A stretch of DNA of 64,000 nt, from positions 15,487-79,486 of the forward strand of contig CALXZX010000002.1 of NCBI GenBank assembly GCA_944393375.1, given 5' to 3'. The stretch comes from an uncultured Clostridia bacterium. GTDB lineage: Bacteria; Bacillota; Clostridia; TANB77; CAG-508. The notes under the pieces are model-generated. The model ran no database searches. It saw only the letters and a program-made list of their open reading frames with translations, and had not been told where the DNA came from. Both the position numbers and the translations under genes were made by a program. Positions 50,051 to 59,276 of this stretch are shown here, one piece after another. Position 1 is the stretch's first letter; each line of letters opens with the position of its first letter.

Positions 50051-50668
50051 ATGCCAGAAAAAAAGAAAAAAATAATCATAGGAGCAAGCATAGCAGGAAT
50101 TGTGCTATTGCTTGTCATACTAATCGTTGTAATATCAAATAATAAAAAAGTAGAAGAAAATACAGAAATATTAGAAAATGCAGATTTATCAGAACTAATA
50201 AATGTGGAAAATATAGAAAGTTTACCATATGAAACTGAAGAAACAAAAGAAGAAATATCATCAAAATATATAACAGGAAGAAATAAATATGAGATAAAAG
50301 CAAATGTACAAGCAGGAGAAACAGAAGGAAAGTTAATTTATGCAAGTGGTACACAAAATCTAAACATATATAAAACAGAATATACATTAAACAAATATGA
50401 AGATAAAACAACAAAAGTAAGGAATATTATGCAAGAATTTGAAATGTTGTGTGAAGGATATATGGAAATAACAGAAGATGCATATAAAGAAACAGAGCAG
50501 TTATATGGAGAAAGTAGTGCAGACTTTGAACTACCAGTAGAAGAAAGTATATATACTGAAGGAAGGTTATACAGTAAAACATATAAGAGTGAAGAAAATG
50601 AATATGACATAAATTTTTATAGACAAGACAACAAGATTATATGTGAGTTTGTAAGAGTATATAGATAA
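50051..50668 (+). CDS. Hypothetical membrane-anchored protein
   Basis: GGAGGAG RBS and one N-terminal TM. No recognised domain. Probably cotranscribed with 47899-50010. Confidence 0.55.
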   Translation: MPEKKKKIIIGASIAGIVLLLVILIVVISNNKKVEENTEILENADLSELINVENIESLPYETEETKEEISSKYITGRNKYEIKANVQAGETEGKLIYASGTQNLNIYKTEYTLNKYEDKTTKVRNIMQEFEMLCEGYMEITEDAYKETEQLYGESSADFELPVEESIYTEGRLYSKTYKSEENEYDINFYRQDNKIICEFVRVYR

Positions 50669-50672
50669 TTAC

Positions 50673-50718
50673 TGACCACCTATCCTAGCTTGAAAAAAAT
50701 AAAAAATAAATATATAAT
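50673..50718 (+). promoter_or_regulatory. accC promoter with upstream conserved motif
   Basis: TGACCACCTATCCTAG (50673-50688) abuts TTGAAA (50690-50695), 17 nt, TATAAT (50713-50718). The same arrangement precedes accD. Confidence 0.55.
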
Positions 50719-50730
50719 ATATAAGGTATA

Positions 50731-50758
50731 AAAGACAGTATATAAGCTGTCTTTTTTT
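50731..50758 (+). terminator. Hairpin with T-run between the accC promoter and the accC RBS
   Basis: aaagacag / ctgtcttt stem followed by TTTTT. It may terminate the upstream gene or act as a leader attenuator. Confidence 0.5.
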
Positions 50759-50811
50759 AAGAGAATATAGAAAAATATAAAAATAAAGTATCTTTCGTAG
50801 GAGGAATTTTC

Positions 50812-52155
50812 ATGTTAAAAAAAGTATTAATTGCCAATAGAGGAGAAATTGCAGTTAGAATTATCAGAGCTTGTAGAGAAATGGGAATTAGAACCGTTGC
50901 AATTTATTCAGAAGCAGATAAAAATGCCTTACATGTACAATTAGCAGATGAAGCCATTTGTGTAGGTCCAGCACCATCTAATAAAAGTTATTTAAATGTA
51001 AAAGCCATATTAGAAGCAGCATGCTTAACAGGTGCAGATAGTATTCACCCAGGATTTGGATTCTTATCAGAAAATCCAAATTTTGCAAAAATTTGTCAAG
51101 AAACAGGAATCAAATTTATTGGACCTGACTATAAACTAATCGAATTGTTGGGAAATAAATCAAGAGCAAAAGAAACGATGAAAAGAGCAGGAGTTCCAGT
51201 TGTACCTGGTTCAGATGGATTAATTTATTCAAAAGAACAAGCAGTCAACTTAGCAGAACAAATTAAATATCCTGTTATGTTAAAAGCATCAGCAGGTGGT
51301 GGAGGAAGGGGTATTAGAGTTGCCTATTCTAAAGAAGAACTAGAAAAAGAATATGATATTGTGAAACAAGAAGCTAAAGTATCTTTTAATGATGATAGTT
51401 TATACTTAGAAAAATTTGTAGAAAATCCAAGACATGTGGAAATTCAAATATTAGCAGATGAGCATGGAAACTGTATCCATTTAGGAGAAAGAGATTGCTC
51501 AGTACAAAGAAGAAATCAAAAAGTATTAGAAGAAACACCAAGTGGTATATTAGATGAAGAAACTAGAAAGAAAATGGGAGAAGTAGCAGTAAAGGCAGTA
51601 AAAGAAATTGGTTATTCTAATGCAGGAACAATTGAATTTTTAGTTGACAAAAATAAAGATTTCTATTTCATGGAAATGAATACAAGAATACAAGTAGAAC
51701 ATCCTGTAACAGAAATGGTAACGGGTGTAGATATCATAAAAGAACAAATAAAAATTGCAAGTGGGGAAGAATTAACATATAAACAAGAAGATATTAAATT
51801 TGATGGACATTCTATGGAAGTAAGAATTAATGCAGAAAATCCAGATAAAAACTTTATGCCATGTCCAGGAACAATAACAGGGTTACATCTTCCAGGAGGA
51901 AATGGTATAAGAGTAGATACTGCTATATATAGTGGATATACAGTTCCACCTACATATGATTCTATGCTTGCAAAATTAATTGTTCATGGAAAAAATAGAG
52001 AAGAATCTATTGCAAAAATGAAAAGTGCTGTGGCAGAATTTGTTGTAGAAGGAATCACAACCAATATAGACTTTTTACTAAAAATATTAGAAAATGAAAA
52101 CTTCAAAACAAACAATTATGATACATCTTTTATCAAAAAAGAACTTAATATGTAA
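50812..52155 (+). CDS. accC: Acetyl-CoA carboxylase, biotin carboxylase subunit
   Basis: MLKKVLIANRGEIAVRIIRAC start. ATP-grasp GGGGRG loop. EMNTRIQVEHPVTE motif. 447 aa. Confidence 0.96.
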   Translation: MLKKVLIANRGEIAVRIIRACREMGIRTVAIYSEADKNALHVQLADEAICVGPAPSNKSYLNVKAILEAACLTGADSIHPGFGFLSENPNFAKICQETGIKFIGPDYKLIELLGNKSRAKETMKRAGVPVVPGSDGLIYSKEQAVNLAEQIKYPVMLKASAGGGGRGIRVAYSKEELEKEYDIVKQEAKVSFNDDSLYLEKFVENPRHVEIQILADEHGNCIHLGERDCSVQRRNQKVLEETPSGILDEETRKKMGEVAVKAVKEIGYSNAGTIEFLVDKNKDFYFMEMNTRIQVEHPVTEMVTGVDIIKEQIKIASGEELTYKQEDIKFDGHSMEVRINAENPDKNFMPCPGTITGLHLPGGNGIRVDTAIYSGYTVPPTYDSMLAKLIVHGKNREESIAKMKSAVAEFVVEGITTNIDFLLKILENENFKTNNYDTSFIKKELNM

Positions 52156-52199
52156 CAGAAAAAGAAATTAGCAATAATAATGCTAATTTCTTTTTCTGT
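52156..52199 (+). terminator. Strong hairpin after accC
   Basis: Near-perfect ~18-bp arms (one unpaired T) acagaaaaagaaattagca / tgctaatttctttttctgt. Confidence 0.65.
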
Positions 52200-52230
52200 C
52201 TATTGATTTTATCAGCTTTTAACAAAAAAT

Positions 52231-52275
52231 TGACTACTTATCCTAGTTGAAATAAATTGAAAATACATATATAAT
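52231..52275 (+). promoter_or_regulatory. accD promoter with the same upstream conserved motif
   Basis: TGACTACTTATCCTAG (52231-52246) abuts TTGAAA (52247-52252), 17 nt, TATAAT (52270-52275). Confidence 0.55.
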
Positions 52276-52303
52276 AACAAAGATATAAAAGGAGGGAAAT
52301 ACC

Positions 52304-53149
52304 TTGGTAATAGACAAAGTAAAAAAGGTAAACGAAAAGGAAGAAAAGAGAGTCAAGAATGAAAAAGCTTCAGATATGATGATTGGAAAATGGGTAAAAT
52401 GTGATAAATGTAAAGAAATCATCTATAAAGATGATTTACACCAAAATTTGAGTGTATGTCCGAACTGTGGAAAACATTTTAGATTATCATCAAGAAGAAG
52501 AATTAAACAAATTGCAGATGAAGGAACGTTTAAAGAAATTGGTGGAGATATTCACACAAAAGATCCATTAAATTTTAAAGGATATATGAAAAAAGTAGAA
52601 ATGTTAAAAGAAAAAACAAAAATAGAGGAAGCTGTAAAATGTGGTACATGTGAAATAGAAGGAGAAAAAGCAGTTTTGGCTGTTATGGATGGAAACTTTT
52701 TAATGGGAAGTATGGGATCAGCAGTAGGAGAAAGAATTACACTCGCAATTGAAACAGCAGCTAAAAAGAAATTGCCATTAATTATATTCTGTGTATCAGG
52801 TGGTGCTAGAATGCAAGAAGGTATGATATCTCTAATGCAAATGGCGAAAACATCAAGTGCACTTACCAAATTAGATAAAGCAGGACAATTATATATATCT
52901 GTCTTAACAGACCCAACAACAGGTGGTGTAACAGCAAGTTTTGCAAGCTTAGGAGATATCATTTTGGCAGAACCACATGCATTAATTGGATTTGCAGGAC
53001 CAAGGGTTATAGAACAAACGATTAATCAAAAATTACCAGAAGGATTCCAAAGTTCAGAATTTTTGTTAGAACATGGATTTATTGATAAAATAGTAGAAAG
53101 AAAAGATATGAAATCAACAATTGCAAAATTAATCAGACTACACAAATAA
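52304..53149 (+). CDS. accD: Acetyl-CoA carboxylase carboxyltransferase beta subunit
   Basis: TTG start 7 nt after AAGGAGGG. Zn ribbon CDKC...[12 protein letters not shown] motif. Confidence 0.92.
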   Translation: MVIDKVKKVNEKEEKRVKNEKASDMMIGKWVKCDKCKEIIYKDDLHQNLSVCPNCGKHFRLSSRRRIKQIADEGTFKEIGGDIHTKDPLNFKGYMKKVEMLKEKTKIEEAVKCGTCEIEGEKAVLAVMDGNFLMGSMGSAVGERITLAIETAAKKKLPLIIFCVSGGARMQEGMISLMQMAKTSSALTKLDKAGQLYISVLTDPTTGGVTASFASLGDIILAEPHALIGFAGPRVIEQTINQKLPEGFQSSEFLLEHGFIDKIVERKDMKSTIAKLIRLHK

Positions 53150-53165
53150 AAAAGGAGGAAGAAAT

Positions 53166-53957
53166 ATGGCGAAAATAACAGCATGGGATAGAGTGATGTT
53201 AGCAAGAAAAATGAATAGACCAAAAGCATTAGACTATATCAATGGACTATTTGATGATTTTATGGAATTACATGGTGACAGAAATTTCGGAGATGATAAA
53301 GCAATTGTTGGGGGAATTGCAACATTTGATGGTATGCCAGTCACTGTAATAGGAGAACAAAAAGGAAAAAAAGCAAAAGAAAATATGGAAAGAAATTTTG
53401 GAATGCCAAATCCAGAAGGATATAGAAAAGCATTACGATTAATGAAACAAGCAGAGAAATTCAATAGACCAATTATCACCTTTATTGATACACCTGGTGC
53501 ATATCCTGGAATGGGAGCAGAAGAAAGAGGTCAAGGTGAAGCAATTGCTAGAAATCTATTTGAGATGTCAAAACTAGAAGTACCAATCATTTGTATTGTT
53601 ATTGGAGAAGGTTCTAGTGGTGGTGCATTGGCAATCGCTGTGGGAGATAGAATTGCTATGTTAGAAAATGCAGTATATTCCATCTTATCACCAGAAGGAT
53701 TTGCTAGTATCTTATATAAAGATTCAAGTAAAGCAAAAGAAGCAGCAGAAGATATGAAGTCTACTGCTAAAGATTTAAAAGATTTTGGAATCATTGACAA
53801 AATTATAAAAGAACCAGAAGGTGGTGCACAAGAAGATATGGAAATGGTTCTAAAAGAATTAAAATCATACATTAAAAAAAGTTTAAAGGAATTAAACACA
53901 TTATCTAAAAAAGAATTAGTAGAAAACAGATATGAAAAATTTAGAACAATGTGTTAA
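53166..53957 (+). CDS. accA: Acetyl-CoA carboxylase carboxyltransferase alpha subunit
   Basis: [30 protein letters not shown] and [10 protein letters not shown] motifs. Confidence 0.95.
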   Translation: MAKITAWDRVMLARKMNRPKALDYINGLFDDFMELHGDRNFGDDKAIVGGIATFDGMPVTVIGEQKGKKAKENMERNFGMPNPEGYRKALRLMKQAEKFNRPIITFIDTPGAYPGMGAEERGQGEAIARNLFEMSKLEVPIICIVIGEGSSGGALAIAVGDRIAMLENAVYSILSPEGFASILYKDSSKAKEAAEDMKSTAKDLKDFGIIDKIIKEPEGGAQEDMEMVLKELKSYIKKSLKELNTLSKKELVENRYEKFRTMC

Positions 53958-54117
53958 GATGGGCACATAATGTAATAAAATTATAGAAAATAATTAATAA
54001 AATAAATACAAGTAACATAAATATTAGAAAAGGACATATACAATAAAAAATCAATGTATATTTTATACAAGGTGTTTTAAATACAAATATAAAAAGTAAA
54101 TAAGGGAGGAATTTAAA

Positions 54118-54888
54118 ATGTTATTAGAAGGTAAAAAAGTAGTAATTATGGGAGTAAGAAACAAATGGAGTATTGCATGGGGAGCAACACAATCAGCTTA
54201 TGAACAAGGAGCAGAAGTTATTTGTACTTGTTCAGCAGATAGTGTAGATAAAGTAAAAGATTTAGTAAAAGATATGCCAAGAGCAAGTGTTTATGTATGT
54301 AATGATGTAAGTAAAGATGAAGATATAGATAAATGCTTAGAAGAAATAAAAAATGATCATGGAAAAATCGATGGATTATTACATGCCATTGCACATGCTA
54401 ACACAGAAGATTTAAGAAATGATTTCATTTTAACATCAAGAGATGGTTATGCACATGCACAAGATGTAAGTGCTTATTCATTAGTTGCTATTGTTAGAAT
54501 GGCAAGAGAAAAAGAAATGTTAAATGAAGGAGCAAGCATTGTTGCATATACATATTATGGATCAGAAAAAGCAATTGAAGGATACAATGTTATGGGAGTT
54601 GCTAAAGCAGCATTAGAAGCAAGCATTAGATATTTGGCAAGAGATTTAGGAAAAGATGGATATAGAATTAATGGAATTTCAGCAGGACCAATCAAAACAT
54701 TATCAGCTAAAGGAATTAAAGACTTTGGTTCAATATTAGATATTGTTGAAGAAAGAGCACCATTACATAAAAATGTTACTATCAATCAAGTTGGAAATGC
54801 TACTGCATTTTTATTTAGTGATATGTCAAGTGCCATTACTGGAGAAATTATTCATGTAGATAATGGTTTCTCAACTGTTGGTGTATAA
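54118..54888 (+). CDS. fabI: Enoyl-[acyl-carrier-protein] reductase (NADH), FabI type
   Basis: GGGAGG RBS. GKK.VIMGV.N..SIAWG start. Catalytic Y-x6-K (YNVMGVAKAAL). 256 aa. Confidence 0.92.
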   Translation: MLLEGKKVVIMGVRNKWSIAWGATQSAYEQGAEVICTCSADSVDKVKDLVKDMPRASVYVCNDVSKDEDIDKCLEEIKNDHGKIDGLLHAIAHANTEDLRNDFILTSRDGYAHAQDVSAYSLVAIVRMAREKEMLNEGASIVAYTYYGSEKAIEGYNVMGVAKAALEASIRYLARDLGKDGYRINGISAGPIKTLSAKGIKDFGSILDIVEERAPLHKNVTINQVGNATAFLFSDMSSAITGEIIHVDNGFSTVGV

Positions 54889-55019
54889 TCTATATATGAA
54901 TGCTATTTGAGAATTTAATAATTTTGATGATTCTAATAGAAAAATTACTTTATATCGAAAAGGTATAGAGTAATTTTTGCTTTTATGATAAAATAAGAAA
55001 AAACTTAGGAGAAAAAGAA

Positions 55020-55439
55020 ATGGTATTATTAAAAATATTAGCAGGATTAATTATTTATATATTGATTTGTGTAATAATTGGATTGATCAAATTTAAAGAA
55101 AAGCCAAAAAAATATATCATGTCAACATTGTCTATGATATTTAATGGCTTTATGGGATTTATGGATACCATATTTTTTATATTATTTTATATGTTTTTTT
55201 CAAATCAACCTAAAGGAAGTGCATATTATGTACCAGAAAGTGAAGAAAGTTTAAATGCAATGATAGGAATGTTTCTTTTAATTGTATATTTGTTAATATT
55301 ACTACCGATTAATATATATATGAAACGAAAAGGAAAAATTAGCACAAAAGTATATATAATAATGAGTGTATTGGCAACATTAGTGGGATTAGGAATTTAT
55401 TGGATTTGGATAGGAACACAATTTACCAAAATATTTTAA
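55020..55439 (+). CDS. Hypothetical small membrane protein
   Basis: Four hydrophobic segments and an AGGAG RBS. No family recognised. Confidence 0.55.
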   Translation: MVLLKILAGLIIYILICVIIGLIKFKEKPKKYIMSTLSMIFNGFMGFMDTIFFILFYMFFSNQPKGSAYYVPESEESLNAMIGMFLLIVYLLILLPINIYMKRKGKISTKVYIIMSVLATLVGLGIYWIWIGTQFTKIF

Positions 55440-55460
55440 TAAAAAACAACTAAAAAAAGT

Positions 55461-55654
55461 CCTAGAGTTAAGTACTCTAGAACTTTTTTAATACCTTGAT
55501 TATACCAATAAATATAATAGATATCAACAAAAAATAGAAAATAAAATGACAAAATTTATTAATTGGAAAATAGAAAATAAAAAAGAACAAAGACAGTAAA
55601 AAGGCTAAATAATGCATAAAATCCAACTTTCTATATTTCTTAGAGTACTTAACT
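55461..55654. promoter_or_regulatory. Putative invertible promoter (inverton 3)
   Basis: IR-L core 55466-55479 (agttaagtactcta) is the exact reverse complement of IR-R 55641-55654 (tagagtacttaact), 14 bp. The flanking GAA/TTC extends it with a 1-nt bulge. The segment carries TTGATA (55527-55522), 17 nt, TATAAT (55504-55499) on the minus strand. Confidence 0.65.
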
Positions 55655-55683
55655 AAAAGAAAGTATAGAAGGGAGAAGATAAA

Positions 55684-57219
55684 ATGCAAAAGATAAGGAA
55701 AGAACAGGGAATTACATTATTAGCATTAGTAATTACTATTATTATATTATTAATCTTAGCAGGAATCACAATAAGTGCTATTACAGGGGACAATGGAATC
55801 ATAGGAAATGCAGGACAAGCAAAAGAGGAAACAGAGATTGCCAATGAAAAAGAAATTATAGAAAAAGCGACTGTACAAGCAATGGGAAATAATAAATATG
55901 GGAACATAGAAGAAAGTGAATTACAAGAACAATTAGATAAAGAAACAGGAGAAGAAAAAACAGAAGTATTAAATGTCGAAGATGAATTTGAAGTTGTATT
56001 TCATGAAAGTAACAGATATTATACAGTAGATAAAGATGGAAATGTACAAGGTGCCTATGAAATCATAGAAGATAAATATCCGGGAGATATTACTGTTGGA
56101 AAAGATGGAGAAACATTATATGGAAGTGAAGAAAAACCATATGAAATCTGGTGTATAGAAGATTTAATGGAATGGTCTAAAAACTATAGTCAATATATGA
56201 ACGCATATATAAAGTTATGTACTAATTTAAACTTTAAATCAGAATTATCATATGCAAATAGTGAAACAAAAGACTATGGAGATGTGAATCAAGATGGAAA
56301 TACAGATAGTTTAATAAAAGAATTACAAAGTAGAGAAGGATTTAAAGCAATACAACAATTTTCAGGTAATTTTGATGGTGATGAAAATATAATCAGTAAT
56401 TTATATATTTCTAAACAGGACAATGCAGGTCTCATCTTATCTTTAAATAATGCTAATTTCAAGAATATTACAATAAAAGGAGAAATATATAGCCAAAGTA
56501 ATAATGCCGGAATTATTTCTCAAGGAGGAAATAGTCAAATTGAAAATATTATAAGTGATGTTAAGATATATGGTGGCGTAGCAGCAGGAATAATAGGAAG
56601 ATGTACAGCTCAATTAAACATAAAGGATTGCGTGAACTTGGGAAATATAGAATCAACGTCAGCAGTAGGTGGAGTTTGTGGAGACCAGTTTACAGGAGAA
56701 ATGTTAAATTGTATAAATGAAGGAACAATAAAATCTAGCGCAAGTGGAAATTATGGTGTAGGAGGATTATGTGGAAATACTGGCAGTAATAATACAGAAA
56801 GTACACAAATAAAAAATTGTATAAATAGTGGAACAATTATATATGATGGAAATAAAAGTGTATGGTATTTTGGTGGAGCAGGTGGAATAACAGGATTAAA
56901 TCGACAAACATTGATTATACAAAACTGTGTGAATACAGGAAAAATACAATCTACCTCTTATGTAGGTGCTATATGTGGAATGGATCTTATATATTGGCAA
57001 AGCCAAGAAACATATGAATTAACCAATTCATTCATGTTAGATAATGTGGAGAGAGTAACAGGAAGTAATAATGCAGAAACAGAAATTACAGTATTTAAAA
57101 TCGAAGATGTTCTAGATGTAGCTACAAGTTTAAATCAATATATAAATAATAATAAATTAACAGAACAAGGTTGGAAATTATGGAAAATAGAAAATGATAA
57201 TAAATTAACATTAGAATAA
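55684..57219 (+). CDS. Surface protein paralog 3: pilin-like N-terminal module plus GLUG-type beta-helix repeats
   Basis: GGGAGAAG RBS. MQKIRKEQGITLLALVITIIILLILAGITISAITGDNGIIGNAG start. Constant module runs to PYEIWCIEDL (55684-56166). C-terminal GG(V/L)CG/AGGITG repeats. Confidence 0.88.
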   Translation: MQKIRKEQGITLLALVITIIILLILAGITISAITGDNGIIGNAGQAKEETEIANEKEIIEKATVQAMGNNKYGNIEESELQEQLDKETGEEKTEVLNVEDEFEVVFHESNRYYTVDKDGNVQGAYEIIEDKYPGDITVGKDGETLYGSEEKPYEIWCIEDLMEWSKNYSQYMNAYIKLCTNLNFKSELSYANSETKDYGDVNQDGNTDSLIKELQSREGFKAIQQFSGNFDGDENIISNLYISKQDNAGLILSLNNANFKNITIKGEIYSQSNNAGIISQGGNSQIENIISDVKIYGGVAAGIIGRCTAQLNIKDCVNLGNIESTSAVGGVCGDQFTGEMLNCINEGTIKSSASGNYGVGGLCGNTGSNNTESTQIKNCINSGTIIYDGNKSVWYFGGAGGITGLNRQTLIIQNCVNTGKIQSTSYVGAICGMDLIYWQSQETYELTNSFMLDNVERVTGSNNAETEITVFKIEDVLDVATSLNQYINNNKLTEQGWKLWKIENDNKLTLE

Positions 57220-57242
57220 AATATATAAAAAATAAAAATAAA

Positions 57243-57445
57243 TTCATTGAGTTAGATACTCAATGAATTTTTTACTAAAAAGATTATACCATAATTGTAA
57301 AGAAAATCAAGCATTTAAAAAGATATTTAATATAATAATTAGTAATTAAAAAAGTAATAAAATAAAATGAAAAGGTAGTTAAAAATGCACATATTTTCAT
57401 AAAAAAAGTCCTTTTTAATTTTCATTAAGTATCTAACTTAATGAA
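57243..57445. promoter_or_regulatory. Putative invertible promoter (inverton 4)
   Basis: The reverse complement of IR-L 57243-57267 (ttcattgagttagatactcaatgaa) matches IR-R 57421-57445 (ttcattaagtatctaacttaatgaa) at 23/25 positions. The loop sequences ttagata and tatctaa are mutual reverse complements. The segment carries TTGATT (57310-57305), 16 nt, TATAAT (57288-57283) on the minus strand. Confidence 0.7.
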
Positions 57446-57464
57446 AAAGAAAGGGGCAAGAAAA

Positions 57465-59066
57465 ATGCAAAAGATAAGGAAAGAACAGGGAATTACACTA
57501 TTAGCATTAGTTATAACCATCATTGTGTTATTAATCTTAGCAGGAATCACAATAAGTGCGATAACAGGAGATAATGGAATCATAGGAAATGCAGGTCAAG
57601 CAAAAGAAGAAACAGAGATTGCCAATGAAAAAGAAATTGTAGAGAAAGCAACTGTACAAGCAATGGGAAATAATAAATATGGGAACATAGAAGAAAGTGA
57701 ATTACAAGAACAGCTAAATAAGGAAACAGAGGAAGGAAAAACAGAAGTATCAGATGTCGAAGATGAATTTGAAGTTGTATTTCATGAAAGTAATAGATAT
57801 TATACAGTAGATAAAGATGGAAATGTACAAGGTGCCTATGAAATCATAGAAGACAAATATCCAGGAGATATCACAGTTGGAAAAGATGGAAATACATTAG
57901 ATGGAAGTGAAGAAAAACCGTATGAGATTTGGTGTATAGAAGATTTATGTGCATTTTCAAACGAAGTAAATAAAGGAACAACATTTTGGAGCAAATATGT
58001 AAAATTAATGAGAAATTTAAATTTTAATTCAAATCTTTCTTATGTAAACGGAAACATATCTGTAGATGGGAATATTCAAAGTTGTCAATCAATCGAGGAA
58101 TTAAAGAAGTTATTAACAGAAAATGAAGGATTTTATCCTATTGGAAATTCATATTCATCAACAGCTGCAATTTTTAGGGGAATTTTTGATGGAAATAATA
58201 AGACTATAAAAAAAATATATATTAATAGACCCAATAATGTGGTAGGATTATTCGGAACAACATCCAATGATACCGATAATAATATTATTATTAAAAATTT
58301 ATCTATTTCTGGAAATATGACCGGAAGTACTGTTGGTAGTATATTTGCTGATGTTAGAACTTATGATAGGGATAATAAAGATTCTTTTATAAAAATTGAA
58401 AATTGCACAAGTGACATAAATATAGAAGGAGATGTGACAGGGGGATTTATTGGAATTAATAATGCTTCTTCTACAGGAAAATTGATTATTGCCAATTGTA
58501 TAAATAATGGAACAATAAATGGCAAAAGTTATGTTGGTGGCATTTTAGGATATAATTATAATAATACTAAAATAATTAACTGTTATAATTCAGGAAACAT
58601 AGAAGGAGAGTCGGATGTAGGAGGAATTGTTGGACATGATGAAAGGCAATCTAATATAATAAATACATATAATTTAGGAAATGTGACATCTAATTCGAAT
58701 GCTGGAGGAATAATAGGCTGGTCAGGATGGGCAGAAAAAAGTATAGAAAATTGTTATAATATGGGAAGAATATCAGGAAGTACTGTAGGTGGAATTATTG
58801 GAGGATTAAATATAAGTAATGAATTGCTAACTACTCAAAATTGTTATTATTTAAATAAAAATATTTCAAAAGGAACTGGAAGTTGGAATGGTGGAGGAGA
58901 ATCTCAAGAAGATATTAATGGTATTTCTGATACTGAAATGAAATCAACTGAAATATTAGAAAAACTCAATAATTATGTAACAGAAAATATAACAATAGAA
59001 GGTGTTGTGTTGAAAAAATGGATAGTAGGAGAGGATGGATATCCAATTTTTGAAAAAAATATATAA
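57465..59066 (+). CDS. Surface protein paralog 4: pilin-like N-terminal module plus GLUG-type beta-helix repeats
   Basis: The ATG at 57465 (after AAAGGGG) aligns with the MQKIRKEQGITLLAL start of paralogs 3 and 6. The track start at 57441 lies inside IR-R. The C-terminal ~110 aa are shared with paralog 5. Confidence 0.88.
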   Translation: MQKIRKEQGITLLALVITIIVLLILAGITISAITGDNGIIGNAGQAKEETEIANEKEIVEKATVQAMGNNKYGNIEESELQEQLNKETEEGKTEVSDVEDEFEVVFHESNRYYTVDKDGNVQGAYEIIEDKYPGDITVGKDGNTLDGSEEKPYEIWCIEDLCAFSNEVNKGTTFWSKYVKLMRNLNFNSNLSYVNGNISVDGNIQSCQSIEELKKLLTENEGFYPIGNSYSSTAAIFRGIFDGNNKTIKKIYINRPNNVVGLFGTTSNDTDNNIIIKNLSISGNMTGSTVGSIFADVRTYDRDNKDSFIKIENCTSDINIEGDVTGGFIGINNASSTGKLIIANCINNGTINGKSYVGGILGYNYNNTKIINCYNSGNIEGESDVGGIVGHDERQSNIINTYNLGNVTSNSNAGGIIGWSGWAEKSIENCYNMGRISGSTVGGIIGGLNISNELLTTQNCYYLNKNISKGTGSWNGGGESQEDINGISDTEMKSTEILEKLNNYVTENITIEGVVLKKWIVGEDGYPIFEKNI

Positions 59067-59074
59067 AAAAATAT

Positions 59075-59276
59075 CGTTAAGTTAATTACTTAACGATTGA
59101 AAACTAAATATATAATACCAATAAAAAATAGTAAAGTCAATAGATAAGGAGAGATATACAAGAAAAGAAAAATAGAATAGAAAACAACAAAAAATGAAAA
59201 GCAGAAATGATTTGTTTTATAGTAAAATCAAATCATTCCTGCTTTTTTATATATACCTTAAGTAATTAACTAAAAG
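59075..59276. promoter_or_regulatory. Putative invertible promoter (inverton 5)
   Basis: The reverse complement of IR-L 59075-59095 (cgttaagttaattacttaacg) matches IR-R 59256-59276 (ccttaagtaattaactaaaag) at 18/21, with a perfect 14-bp core. The segment carries TTGACT (59140-59135), 17 nt, TATTAT (59117-59112) on the minus strand. An internal plus-strand terminator lies at 59201-59248. Confidence 0.7.
59201..59248 (+). terminator. Intrinsic terminator inside inverton 5, just upstream of IR-R
   Basis: gcagaaatgattt / aaatcattcctgc, a 13-bp stem with one mismatch, followed by TTTTTT. Confidence 0.65.

Noticed and set aside
50051-50668. Could this ORF upstream of accC be the missing biotin carboxyl carrier protein?
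   Set aside because: It has no (E)AMKM biotinylation motif or lipoyl-like domain. It has an N-terminal TM helix and looks like an accessory of the upstream surface-protein gene.
55653-55907. Conserved minus-strand ORFs (also 59247-59459 and 62613-62864) encoding similar 70-84 aa hydrophobic peptides upstream of or overlapping the paralog starts
   Set aside because: They are the antisense reading of the conserved, codon-biased N-terminal module of the plus-strand paralogs. Their conservation is inherited from the sense genes, and no RBS is present.
57441-57464. Upstream ATG giving an MKKKGARK extension to paralog 4
   Set aside because: This ATG lies inside the right inverted repeat. The paralogs align from MQKIRKEQ at 57465, which has its own AAAGGGG RBS.
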